From Podarcis cretensis (lineage: Eukaryota): 64,000 nt of DNA. This document shows, one piece after another, positions 35,360-48,723 of the stretch (within the stretch, counting starts at the first letter, position 1; the number at the start of each line of letters is the position of its first letter). A model generated the notes under the pieces. That model was not told where the DNA came from. It did not search any database and saw only the letters and a list, made by a program, of their open reading frames with translations. The stretch lies in the NCBI GenBank assembly GCA_951804945.1, contig OX638153.1, positions 59,458,001 through 59,522,000 of the forward strand. The letters run 5' to 3'. The translations under genes and the position numbers were made by a program.

Positions 35360-36310
35360 GTCGCGCCTCGTGAGAGTTTTAGGAGGCGACGGCTAGCAGC
35401 CGCCCGCTACGAGCCCAGGCCAGCTCCCGCTGTCGGGGGCGCTGGCCCCGCTCGCTTTCTCCCGCCCCCGCCCCCTGCAGAGTGGTAGCCCGGGTCACGG
35501 ACGATCCTCTTCCTGGGGCTGGCAGATAGAGGGCGGAGTGGAGGCCGGGCTCCTGCCGCCGAGTCACATGCTCACCTGGAGAAGGAGGAGGAGCGCAAGG
35601 TGTCTCCCAGGGCCGGGGGATCCTCCCCGGCTCAGATCCCCAGCTCTTCGCGGAGTAGCGGCTGCAGCGGCGGCGGCGGCGGCGACGGCGGAGGCAGGCA
35701 TTGGAGCCGCTGGGCCGGCCTGGGCTGGATCCAACCTGAGAGGGCAGCAGACCTTAATCGGCGCCTCCCGTTCCGCAAGACTCCAAAGCCCCGTCTGGAG
35801 GGAGGCGGAGGCGGCAGCCGCGCCGCACAAAGTTTGCGTGCTCGTCCGGAGGGCGGATTGGGGATCCGGCTCCATGCGGAGCGGCAGAGCCCGGAGCCGG
35901 GCTCAGGCGGGTAGATCCATCGCAATCGCAGCCTGGGGTTGTCGCCATGGGCAGCTGCGTGGGGAGGCAACACCGAGAGCGGCCGACCACCCCGGGGCAC
36001 CCGCGCAAGAGAGCAGGTGAGCGCCGCCGGTCAGGCACCCTCTCGGTGCCGTGGCAGCCGGAACGGGCAAGGGAATCTGGGCCGCTGGAAACACAACCGG
36101 GGTTGGGCCCTTGCCGACACTCCCCTGGGGGCCCTTTGCTGGAGAATTAACTTGTCTCAGATTCCCCCACTCCCAACTGCCACCATAATCGGGCACCGAG
36201 ACCACTGCCAAGACTGGGAATAGGGCACCACTCTGTGATTGTCTTGAGTGGGCATCTGATCTTTCAGGATTGGGCCCGGATGAGGGCATAGCGGACCGGA
36301 CGGTAGTCTA
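35360..36310 (+). promoter_or_regulatory. CpG island / UBTD1 promoter, 5'UTR and exon 1
   Basis: CpG-rich; GC boxes (cccgcccccgccc at 35461); GGC repeat tract near 35667-35695. Confidence 0.85.
35947..36016 (+). CDS. UBTD1: UBTD1 coding exon 1
   Basis: Kozak gccATGG; [23 protein letters not shown]; donor CAG|GTGAGC. Confidence 0.96.
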
Positions 36311-39300
36311 TGTGCTTCCTCTCCTGTTAGCGATGGGAAGATTCGGTTTGGGGGGATTTTTAAATGACCTGGATCTACTGGGTGGTCTGTACTTCCTCGG
36401 GGAAGCGTGTGGGATGTGTGTTAGTAAATGTATTGGTGGAGTAAGGCTCCCTGGAGCAATTTGGGTTTCTACTGATCCCTTAACTCCGTGTTTAGGAAGA
36501 GTGTGTGGGATGTCCCAGAAACTCGCCTACCGGATTTATGTAAGAGCCAGTCCGGCCCGTCTCACCAGATGGGTTGGAAGTGCAAACTACTGTTTCCCCA
36601 CTGGCTCAGAAGTACAAGTTTGGGCTTGGGGCTGCTCTGAGGTCAGTGGGCTGCCACCTCAGGTTTCAAATAAGAGTAATTTTATTTATTATTGCAGATT
36701 TACTAAAAGCACTTTTATGCAGCTTTATGTGTTGTTGTGGAAACAAGTAGTGCACAAATCGTAATAAGATGCATTGTAAGCCATACAAAAATAAAAGAGC
36801 AATATAAAATCGAAATGATACAGTGTGCATAGATGTGTGGCTAGGTCCTAGCAAGAACATTTCCTTTTTTTTAAAAATGATTTTTATTCGTTTTTCAAAC
36901 AGATAACAAAAACAATACAAAACAATATAATTTCCAACTCATCATTTCATACCCTTCTTTCTTTTGACTTCCCCATACCTCCCCATCCCTGCATCCTTGT
37001 TTAAATGGTTCTTTAGCAACCCTTAGGTCCATTATCTTAATTCCCTTTCATAAAAGTTCCTTTAGTTTTTTGATTACTGCTGCAATTCTTTACCTCTTAC
37101 CCCCTGACATCTTAACATTCCTCAATTTTACAATTATTTTTAAGATATATTTTAAATTTCTTCCAGTCCTCTTCCACTGTCTCTTTCCCCTGGTCACGGA
37201 TTCTGCCCGTCATCTCGGCCAGTCCCATAAAATCAATCACCTTTGTTTGCCATTCTTCCAGAGTAGGTAGTTCTTGCGTCTTCCAATACTTTGCCAGTAG
37301 AATTCTTGCTGCTGTAGTGGCGTACATAAAGAAAATCCTATCCTTCCTTAACACCACTTGGCCAACCATGCCCAAGAGGAAAGCCTCTAGTTTCTTAGGA
37401 AAAGTCCACTTAAGGACCTTCTTAATTTCAACCTAGCAAGAACATTTCCTTTGCCCTTGCTGCTTGATTGGAAACTTGTCCTGCAAACCATCATCAGGTA
37501 CTCTGGTCCATGTGTGGGCTCCAGAACAGATACCTTCACAGCATGTGCTAAGGCCACATTTGCTGCTAGAGAGATTGCAGCCTTCTCTGAACCTAGGTGC
37601 AGAAATTCATGTCCATTTCCAGGTTCAAGGGCCCTCCCTGCTAAGTCTCCTGCAAAATGATAAGAATTGAGCTAGCTTAGGCTTTGCTGCCAGAGTCTGT
37701 GCATGTGACCCTGTGTGGTTTGTGCCCATGTGCGCAAGACCTGACCTGACTTTTCTTAGTCCAGGTCAGTCAAGAGTACAATTGGTTCCCACCCCAGACG
37801 GCTCAGATCAGCCTCACTCTGCTGGAGCTGCATTAGTTGGATCAATAGCAGAAACCGCTTTAACTCAACAAGCTCATCAGCAGTATTTGGCATCTGCGGC
37901 GGTGCACACACACATTGATGCAGGGTTTCTGGAGACAGAACAGTCGACTTCTCAGCAAGAGAGAGGCCTTTGTGGACATGAGAGCATCTAAGGTACAGTC
38001 TCTGTGTACGGCTGCTTCGGGTTGATTATGGTTTTTCAGATTATTGGTGGTGCTAGAGCCCTGATTAAAACCATGCGCTTGCACTGCCAAAGTGATAGGT
38101 GACACCTCCTCACATGCTTCCTATAAATGGGTATTTTGGGAAGTGTTGTTTAGGGGCCCCCAGGCAGCCACTCTGCAGTTGCTACTCTGATTTCACAAAG
38201 AATTGTGTCCTGAGGTGTCCCTCCACGATGCCGTGAGACTGGATTTAACTTTGCTGAGCCCTGCACATACACCGAGACCGGACCCCACCAGCAGCACACA
38301 CTGTCTGCTCTGATCTATAGTTCATGGTGGTCTGAACAGGGTATGCACCTCTGCATGTTCCCGCTGGAGAACTTTACCCACTCTAATAGAGATTGGGCTA
38401 ATAGGACTCCTTGGCAGAAACCCTGAAATGCTTTGGCACCATAGTGGCTATTTCACTGTGTGGCACGAAGGTTTATACTTGACACCCTGCTTTATATGAT
38501 ACTTGAAGTGCTCACTTCATGCCTCGGGTATAGGAAGCTGTTGTCTATGAAAGCACAATAAACTAGTCTTGAAAGTGCCATGGCACTTTAAATATATATA
38601 TATATATTGGTGCTACTGACCTAAATGCTTCCAACTACACTTCTGGAATTTATTTCTTGGAAGACCTGAGCATGTACTTTAAAACCAAAAGTAAACACTT
38701 GGCACAGTTTGTAAGTCTTTCTTGGCAAATCGCTCTGGGCAGGAATGCCTAGCTTTTGCTTGTGGGGAGCATTGGCTGGAATCTCTATTGCTGTTGGGTT
38801 GGGTTGTGAGAAACAGGAAACACTAGCTTCCTTGTAGAGCTCATGTTTTGCATGTAGAAGGTCCCAGGATCAACCCCTGCTATCTCCACAAATTGCTGGG
38901 AAAGCCCTCTGCATTAAATCCTGGAGAACATCTGACAGTAAGTGTAGACAATAGTGAACTTGATGGAGCAGTGCCTTGACTTAATACTTAGTTCCATGCT
39001 GGGAAAAGGATTTAAGATTTTGTTAGTCTAATATCTTATACAGCAGGGAGCTGGCACCAAGAAGCAGGATCTTCTGGGACAGGATACACTACTCAAAAAG
39101 AATAAAGTTTACCCTAATGCATTTAGTCCTTTTGTTTAACTGTTTTTGCAAGCACGTCAGACTCCTGCTTTTGTTGGGCTGTAGTCCTACCCACTCTTAC
39201 CAGGGAGTAATCCATATTGAGCACACATCGGGACTTGCTTTGAAGCGAAAATGCATAAAATTGTGTTCGTTAGGGAGCAGGCTATCTCCCTGCCGCAGAA

Positions 39301-39793
39301 ATCTTGAGCTGCTCTGAGGCTTTGTGGTGGTGTTTACCTTAAGTGCTTATGAAAAGTTGGGCTGGCACTCCTGGTGATGTATTGCTGGCATTTTGCAAAC
39401 GCAGGCAGTGTGAGCTGAGCTGAGTCTTCAAGAAACAGCAAAAACATGTCCCTGATCTACGCATCCAAGAGTGTGAACTGGAAACTGTGCAGTCAAGTGC
39501 AATGCAAGCGTTTTGGCTGATGGGATCTGCTGAGTTCTAGACTAAGCAAGTGTGGACTTTAAAAATATTTGGGGGTGTGAGTTGCACCAGAAGCTTAGAG
39601 ACCAACAAAGGGAAGCTCTTACAGAAGGACTCCTCTTTCACTAGAGAAAAATAAAAATAAAAGGGAAAAAGCCCTGATTGGGTTAAGGGCATTGAAGATC
39701 CCATGGAACTATGAAAATAATTTGGAGAACTGATACCATTGCTGAACTCCAGCACAAGAATACCCAGCCAGATGGGCGGGGTACAAATAATAA

Positions 39794-39833
<40 letters not shown>

Positions 39834-42800
39834 CTTTTTGCCTCCAGTTATGACATAGTGTCAACTTAAAGGCTATGATCTTGGCTTCCGGTTGTAAATT
39901 ATGGGTCCGTTACTATAAGTCACTGCACTTCATCCCAACAATGGGCTGGGTGGAATGATACTTAAGTTTCCCTATCCCAACTCTCTGAGGCTCAGGCTGT
40001 TTTGGACACTATGTTCTTGCAGCTTCAGGGTTGTTTCTTGTGTCTGCATGCATGGGTAAACATAATATGTAAATTGCTAACACATGGACCTGCTTTACTG
40101 ATAGGCCTATGAAATCCCATGATGATTTGGGAATTCTGGTTTTCACAGGTCTTTTGATGAGTCAGGCCCATATGTTACCAATTTACACATTCAATTTGCC
40201 CATGCATGCACATGACGTCACTGAAATGATTCCTACATATGCCACGCAAGTGTAGCGTGTGAACCTATCCTGGAAGAAACTCATCAGCTGGTTTGGATGT
40301 TGTGCAATGTGCAGTTGCCTGGCATGCTTCTTTCTCCAAGTACACCCTATCATAATCAGAAACTGGCCCCACCAAGGGACTGCAGGACTGACTCATGCCT
40401 TTGCTCTGCTCATGCAGCCACGGATTGCAACTGCCTGCGTGTTGCTCCCTGCAATAATTACTGTTTTGTAGGAGGCAGAGAAAGGGAAACAGGAAATGGG
40501 GAGGGCTGGGTAAGTGGGCTGAGAGCAACACTTGTAAGTTACACCTTCCCAAAGAGGAGGCTGACTGCAGCTGATCCATAAAGAACAAACAGGGGGGTTG
40601 GATATCATATGTAGAGGGAGAGAGGACTTCAGAGAATCATAGGGCTGGAGGAGAGGCGGGCTTATAGGCCACCAGGTCTCATCCCTGCTTGAAGAGACCA
40701 CCACCACCACCTTCCTTGATGAGAATTCTTCCTTGTGTCACCACAAGCGTATTGCTGTTGAGTCTCTTTCTTTTTGCTGACCCCTGCTTGCCCTGCCTCT
40801 GTTGATGTTATTGACTGATTTGCTTTGATGCTGTAGGTAGGCAGGGAGTTGACCTGTGCAGTCCAGGAGGTCATACCTGCCTTGGTGGCCGTTGGCTTAC
40901 CTACTCTGATGTCACAATGAGGCTTGCCTGGCTTGATTGTTTGCTGAGGCCTTGGAATCTGTTGGGTTCTGTGGACTGCAAGCGTCCTACGTGAGACCAA
41001 ACTGCTCTTCTGTGGCGAGATGGTATTTCACATGATACCATGTGGGTGCTGAGTCAGATCTGTTGAGCCATCCTGGGGCTTTTGAGAAAGAGGGACTTGT
41101 GGTTTCTAAGGTAAGGGAAAGCTAGAATGTTAAATACAGTGGTACCTCGGGTTACATATGCTTCAGGTTACATACGCTTCAGGTTACAGACTCCGCTAAC
41201 CCGGAAATAGTGCTTCAGGTTAAGAATTTTGCTTCAGGATGAGAACAGAAATCGTGCTCTGGTGGCGCTGCGGCAGCGGAAGGCCCCATTAGCTAAAGTG
41301 GTGCTAACGGTTAAGAACAGCTTCAGGTTAAGAACGGACCTCCGGAACAAATTAAGTACTTAACCTGAGGTACCACTCTACATGTGATTGACTCGTGTGC
41401 AACCGCATATACGTGTGGTGCCGGGAAATAATTAAATTGTTCAATTCAAACTTGGAAATGGTGGGAGAGCTGGAGAATCCTCATGGCTCATGAGGAGACC
41501 CTCCCTGGAGCCTGAAAAGGACGACAGTCAAGGCAGAGGAAGCCCCAAAGAGACTGCTCAACCTCCCCACCTAACAGCTGATGTGTGGAGTAGCGCAGCA
41601 GCAGCTACTTTCCCTCATGTCTTCCAGCCTCCTACCAGTCCTAGAGCTTCAATTCTAGTTGTGGATATTTCTGGTATGAATTGAAGAAGAGTGGCAGAGA
41701 GGTTGTTTAGAAGGTGCTCCCCACTTTATGCGATTTCACTTATGCACACGAGGGCCCAGAACGTAACCCACACATAAATGAGGGGGGTGCCTGTACTGAA
41801 CTATTCTATGGTGGTACAGTATTTTAGAATAAATGGCGCTGTAATGACCCTACCAGCCCTGCTGGGGTAAGACAATGGATTAGTAGACTGGGAAGTTTTT
41901 CTGAACTGGCTGAACTATGTACCAACATAGTGAGAGCTGATCAATGTGTTCTGATAGGGCCCAGCCCCTGGGCAAGCAGGTATTCTGTATTACTGTCTAT
42001 TTTCTGCCCTTTTTCATTTGTGTGATTAAATTCCCTGTTTTGGATTGAGCTTTGGTTTGGATTTATTGCCTGGTTCAGTTGAAGGATGGGTGCAGACCCA
42101 TGATCCTGGTTATCTTTGTGTCCCACGGGTCAGATTTTAACCCCCTGGTTATTTAGTGGAAGTCCCACCCTGTCTGTCTCTGTTACTACAAGAGCATCTT
42201 GCAAGGTTGGAAGCTGTGTGTCTCCCACCCTCTTTCTTCTTTGGCATGGTTCAGGTTTTCAGTAAGCTAGTCCTGTTACCTGCATGCAACAGTTCCTCTG
42301 GCAGGCTTTAATCTGTGCCCAGCCCCCAGCTCCCAGGCCTGATTGTTTGCTTAGCTCAGAAGGTGTTGCCCAGATGCCTCCCTGCAGAGCAGCTTAGGCA
42401 GGAATTCACACCTGGGAGCCTAAGTTTACACTTACTGCTGCTTGAGGGTGTGGCATAGTCAGTGGCCTTCAGAACCGTCAGGGAACAGATGTGCACAGGC
42501 TGTCAATTTAAAGGGGCAGATTTAGGGTATCTTATTGCAATGCCCCCTGCCTTGTGATTCATTCCTGTCCTGCTGCATCCTCAGTGTTGGTGAAAGACAA
42601 GATTGCCTGCAGCTGAGCCCGTTCTGTGTTGACCAGATCAAAATAGGACAGGATTTCTGCACCTTTAATAGTTGTGTAGAGGAGGAAATTTTGATGGCTA
42701 CAGCTTGTCACATTGCAGAGCTGAGAGAAACTGCACCCAGTAGAATTCTCCTGTCTGCTCAACTGTTTTGGGGCCATATCCTGAGCTGCGTTTGGTTAGC

Positions 42801-45800
42801 CTAGCTGACACACAAAGCTGGGGTCCTTATTTGCTGACAGGCTGGCGCGCCACTGCCTCTTCATTGTATTCGTAACCCTCCCCTCTTCTGCACCATGTGG
42901 CACTTCCCTAGAGTGCACAGGAAGAGCAGTGCCAACATGACTTCAGTTAATGTGGCTTTTTCAGCAGACTTCTTTCTTTCTTCTACTGTTTGGGCCCTGG
43001 AGTCAATTCTGCAAGGCTGGTGCTGGGAGACCGTTCTGGCTTTGCCCAGTCGAAACCAGAATACAGTTCTCAGGGAAACAAATGCCCTTTGCGACATAAC
43101 CCAGCATGGCTCATAAGAACATAAGAAGAGCCTGCTAGATCAGGCCAGCAGTCCATCCAGCATCCTGTTCTCACAGTGGTCAAACAGATCACTGTGGGAA
43201 ACACACTAGCAAGACCCAAGCCCGCCAGCACCCTGCCCACCTGCAGTTCCCAACAACTGATATTCAGAGATTTACTGCTTCTGGCAAAGGAGGTGCTACA
43301 TAGTTACTGTGGCTAATAAAGGTAAAGGGACCCCTGACAATTAAGTCCAGTCATAAACAACTCTGGGGTTGCGGTGCTCATCTCGCTTTACTGGCCGAGG
43401 GAGCTGGCGTACAGCTTCCAGGTCATGTGGCCAGCATGACTAAGCTGCTTCTGGGGAAACAAGAGCAGCGCATGGAAGTGCCGTTTACCTTCCCACCAGA
43501 GCTGTACCTATTTATCTACTTGCACTTTGATGTGCTTTCGAACTGCTAAGTTGGCAGGAGCAGGGACCGAACAACGGGAGCTTACCTCGTTGTGGTGATT
43601 AGAACTGCCGACCTTCCAATCAGCAAGCTCAGGGCTTAGTGGTTTACACCACAGTGCCACCTGCGTCCCTAGTTTCTAGTAGCCATCAATTTACCATCTC
43701 CTCCATGAATTTGTCTAATCCTCTTTTTAAAACCATCCAAGTTGGTGATCATCACTGCCTCCTTCAGGAATGAGTTCCACCGTTTAACTATGTGCTGCTT
43801 GAAGAAGTACTTTCTCTTATCTGTCCTGAATCTTTCAATATTAATTGTATGCCAATGAGTTCTAGTGTTGTGAGAGAGGGCGAAAAATCTTTTCTCCATC
43901 CACCTTCTCCACACTGTGCATAATTCTATGTCGCCTCCCACTTACCTTTCTCTAAACAAAAAGTTCTGGATGGCCTCATTAAAGGGGGGGGGGGCGGGAA
44001 TCTTGGATGATCCCGCAGCCAACTCTGACATTTTCCAGCACCATGTAACGTAATTCAGTGGGCAGGACTGTCCTTGGCTAATGCAACATGCATTTACCAA
44101 TCCTGGTGGTGGTTCCCTTCAGAAAATGCTGATCCCTTGCAGAATGCCTCTTTTGTGCACAGGCAATTTGTCATCCAAGGGCTCATGCAGGGCAGAAGGG
44201 AGAAAGAGAGTGGGCACAGCTGTGTCTGAAGGGCATGTCCAGGCAAGAAACGACAGAGCTGTGTTAACACAGTGCATGGGAGCATCTTGCTTCCAGCAAC
44301 ACAAAAAACAAAATGCTTATGCCCTGTGTGTATCCCCTTCTGTGACCACAGATGCTACGTTTATGCTGTGTTGTCCCCAGATGACTTCTGGATGTGCAGT
44401 ATTCCAGCCTCCTCTGTTCCTGTCAGGGTGCTTATTAATGTGTGTTGCTAAGGAGCTGTGCCTGCCCACCGGCAGATTCCCAAGGATGGGCAGTTGAGGA
44501 GTTGCGATTTACTGCATTCACACAAAACAGACAACACTTGTAGGGACAGATGTTCGGGATCCTGAGGCTTAGTTGTCATCTTCTGTACCTGGTTCTCTGC
44601 CTTGTCCTGGCAGGAACTCTTTCATTCCCAACTCATTTCCATATTTGCCACATGTGGTTTTATGAGGCTCCTAAATCATCCCTCCCTCCCTGTGTTTCTC
44701 TGTGAAACCTCTTCACCGGGGCCTAACAGACTGTTACTGATTGCAGGCTGCCCACCAGTCTTCAAGTCCATTGGGCTTTCTCCCTGCCTTCTGCTTTTGG
44801 TGCAGGAATTGCTCTCTTGTTTCCTTGCTATGCTGCGTGAGGGCACGCATGAAGCGTTTTGAAAACAGTAGCGTGCTATATGGGAACCATCGCGGTTATG
44901 TATATTTTCAGCTCAGGAATATTGCCGGCTCAAGAATAGCAGGAGGATTAACGTTCAATGTGTTGTTATCACATGCAGTCTCTACCTTCATAAGGACCTA
45001 ATAAGAGCCCTGCTAAGTCAGACCTAAGGCATCTTTAGCCCAGCATCCTGTTTCCCACACTGGCCAACCAGATGCTTATGGGAAGGAATCCCACAAGAAC
45101 TTGAGAACAATACAGTGGTACCTCGGGTTAAGTACTTAATTCATTCCGGAGGTCTGTTCTTAACCTGAAACTGTTCTTAACCTGAAGCACCACTTTAGCT
45201 AATGGGGCCTCCTGCTGCCGCCGCGCCGCCGCAGCACGATTTCTGTTCTCATCCTGAAGCAAAGTTCTTAACCCGAGGTACTATTTCTGGGTTAGTGGAG
45301 TCTGTAACCTGAAGCGTATGTAACCCGAGGTACCACTGTAGTCCTTTCCCACTGTCGTTTCCCTGCAACTGGTGTTCAGAGGAACTATAAGCACTATGTC
45401 CTGGTGTAGCAAGCAGCCATCATGACTGGTAGACTGTGAGAAGCCATGAATTTATTAACACCCCTTTTAAAGATTTTCAGCTTGTAACCATCACCACAAG
45501 CACCAGGAAACTAGAGTTTCTTAGGTTCTGCCAGTGGCATTCACAAGGGATCCTAACATTGGCTTTGAGGGTTTTGGCAGTGATATTTGGTACACCCTGA
45601 AGCAGTAGAAAGCATGTTGCATGATAATGGCCCACTGGGCTGAGGATAAATTCTGAGCTCGGCCTTGCCTGTCCTCTCCTTATTCCCTGTCCTGCCCACA
45701 TCTTTGTGGTCTTGGTGTTAAACAGCTGGTTCCTATTCTGTGCTGTCACCTTCCTAATTCTCATATTTCAGTTGGATCCAGCACGTTCCGTTTAACAGTT

Positions 45801-48685
45801 TGCTCTGTTTTGCTTCTGGGTACAGTGGTGCCCCGCAAGACGAATGCCTCGCAAGACGGAAAACTCGCTAGACGAAAGAGTTTTCCATTTTGGAGGTGCT
45901 TCGCAAAACGAATTTCCTATGGGCTTGCTTCGCAAGACGAAAATGTCTTGCGAGTTCCTGCGGGGTTTTTTTTCCTCCCCCCCCCTTTTTCTAAGCCGCT
46001 TATCCGCTTAGCCAATAAGCCGCTAAAAGCCGCTAAGCCACTAATAGTACTAATCCGCTAAGCCGTCAATGGGCTTGCTTCGCAAGACGAAAAAACCGCT
46101 AGACGAAGAGACTCGCGGAACGGATTCTTTTCGTCTTGCGAGGCACCACTGTACTTGGTTTCCAAAGGAATTAAGAATCACATATTCCTACATTGAAGCA
46201 GATGCCACCTGACTCAGGAGAGGCAATGGCAGAAAGACCACCATAAGTTGTCTTATGTTGTTCAGACTGGCTACATGGTTCCTCCCCCCTCCCCCCCCCC
46301 AGCTTGCCTGATTTAGAGTGAGATTTATTTCCCACGTTGCCAATGCTCAGTTTCAGAGGGGTAGTCAGGTCAGTCTATACAGTGGTACCTCGGGTTAAGA
46401 ACTTACCGTATTTTTTGCACCATAACACTCACTTTTTTCCTCCTAGAAAGTAAGGGGAAATGTCTGTGCGTGTTATGGAGGGAATGCCTACGGGTGGCGG
46501 GGGGGATCTGCTGCAGTTGTGAGCAGAGGATCCATGGTTCCCCTTCCTTCCCTCCTCTGTGGCTCGCTTTGAAACAGCAAAGCGGGAGAAGAGCCGCTGA
46601 GTGGGGAGGAAAGAGGGACAGAGAGCCTGCTTGCTTTAAAGGAGCAAAGCGGGAGAGGAGAGGCTCCTGTCCGGTTGGCTCCTTTAAAGCAAGCAGGCTC
46701 TCTGTCCCTCTCTCCTCCCCACTCAGCTCGCTAAATAGCATTATTAGCAGCATCCTTCTCCACACACACCATGCGTGCTCCTTGTCCCTTGAGTGCTTTT
46801 CCTTCCCTCCCCACTTAAAACGTGGTTACAAAGCACGGATCCACATGGATCCTCAGGATTTTTCCACTGGGTCACCCTGAATTCACCATCAGATCACATA
46901 GCATGTCCATGGCTACATCTTGCACCAAAAAAATCACGTACCCACTGTTGCCTGGGGTCGCAGTGGTGCAAAAACGTGGTTACAAAGCATGGATCCACAT
47001 GGATCCTCAGGATTTTTGCATTGGGCTACTCCACACTCACTGTCAGATCACGTCTGTGGCCACAGCATGAACCACAAAAATCATACATCCACTGTTTCGT
47101 TTGGAATATATTTTTTTTCTTGTTTTCCTCCTCTAAAAACTACGTGCGTGTTATGGTCTGGTGCATGTTATAGAGCGAAAAATACGGTAATTCATTCCGG
47201 AGGTCTGTTCTTAACCTGAAGCACCACTTTAGCTAATGGGGCCTCCTGCTGCTGCGCCGCCGCCACTTCACTATTTCTGTTCTCATCCTGAAGCAAAGTT
47301 CTTAACCCGAGGTAATATTTCTGGGTTAGCGAAGTCTGTAACCTGAAGCGTATGTAACCTGAAGTGTATGTAACCCGAGGTACCACTGTATTGTAGCAAA
47401 AGTAGCAAAAATACCTTTTTGTGGCTGTTGCCTACATATTTGGTAAGAGTCTGCCTCAGTTTTGTGCATTTTATGGTTACAATAGCAGGTACATGACTAT
47501 TTAAATATTTTCTGACCCGAGATCCTTAGTCCAACAGACCACAAACATTCATTTCTTCTCAGTGACACTTGTTTCTTGATTCACCTGAACAGAGGAAGAA
47601 AGACTTTTAAAACAGCCTCTGTGTGTGTGTGTGTGTGTGTGTGCGCGTGTGTGTGGTGTGTGCGTGTGTCCGTGTCCCCAGCATGAACTTAGTGTAGCTT
47701 GTCTCTTTCCTGTGTGCCATTTCACACAGGGATTCCATAAATCTAATATAATGGTTGTCTTGATATACGATCAAATGTTTTAATTCTTCTTTGTGAGGTT
47801 AGCGTAGGAGAGCCACTTTATCAAGTCATGAGCTGTTCCTTCCTGTCTCAAAAAGGTAGCTGAAGTCATTTTTTAAATGCCATGGTAAAACCAGTCTAGC
47901 AACTTGAAACCTGGCTTCCCCTCACCCACAGAGGAACACCTTGCTTCTGTAGTCAGCTACTGAACCTGCCTTCTGATTCCTTTGTCTAATGATTAAGAGT
48001 CCATTGCTTCCTAAGACTGTCCTAAAGACTGTCAGGTACTGTATACGTTTTACATTTGGCTCCCTCCTTCACACAGCCTTTGGGGTCACACCCTCCCATA
48101 ATCTGAGTAACGTTAGACATGCCATCATTTGTTTTGCACTAACAGGATGAACCATTTTAATATCATACCCCCAAGTAACCCAGAAATCAACATGTTTTCT
48201 TTGTAGCGTATAATTATGTCTGTAATTTTGGTCTTGTTTGCCACAGAGATGACTGGGCCAGGTGCAAACGTAAGTCCGGGGTGCTCTAGGTATCAAGAAG
48301 GACTGTCAGGCTTGAGGGTGCTGAGTTTGAAACATGGCAGATTAGAGATCTTGCCTGATTCCCTTCTGGCATGTTGCAAACACAGTGCATGTGCTGCCTG
48401 TACAGGTGAGCTTCCCGATGGTAGAGCTAGAGATTGTGTTTCTGGGGAATAAAGGAGAAAGAATATTGAAGTGGAGATGGGGGGGGGGCATTTAGGTTAG
48501 GCTTTGCAGAGCAGGAGGGGAGCTCAGCCCATTGTTCTCTGAAGAGGGAGACAGCTGGGGAGTGGGAGGCAGCCCATCCCCACTTAAGCTGGGGAGAGGG
48601 AAGTTTGGGGGGGTGCAGACTCAGGTCAACATGTGATAATGTGTCACTTATCTGAAAACACCCAATCAGGAGTTGGTGCGAAGCG

Positions 48686-48723
<38 letters not shown>

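Noticed and set aside
35947-35964. UBTD1 MGSC acylation motif close to a palmitoyltransferase gene, suggesting an enzyme-substrate cluster
   Set aside because: Old conserved synteny; nothing in the sequence links the two functionally.
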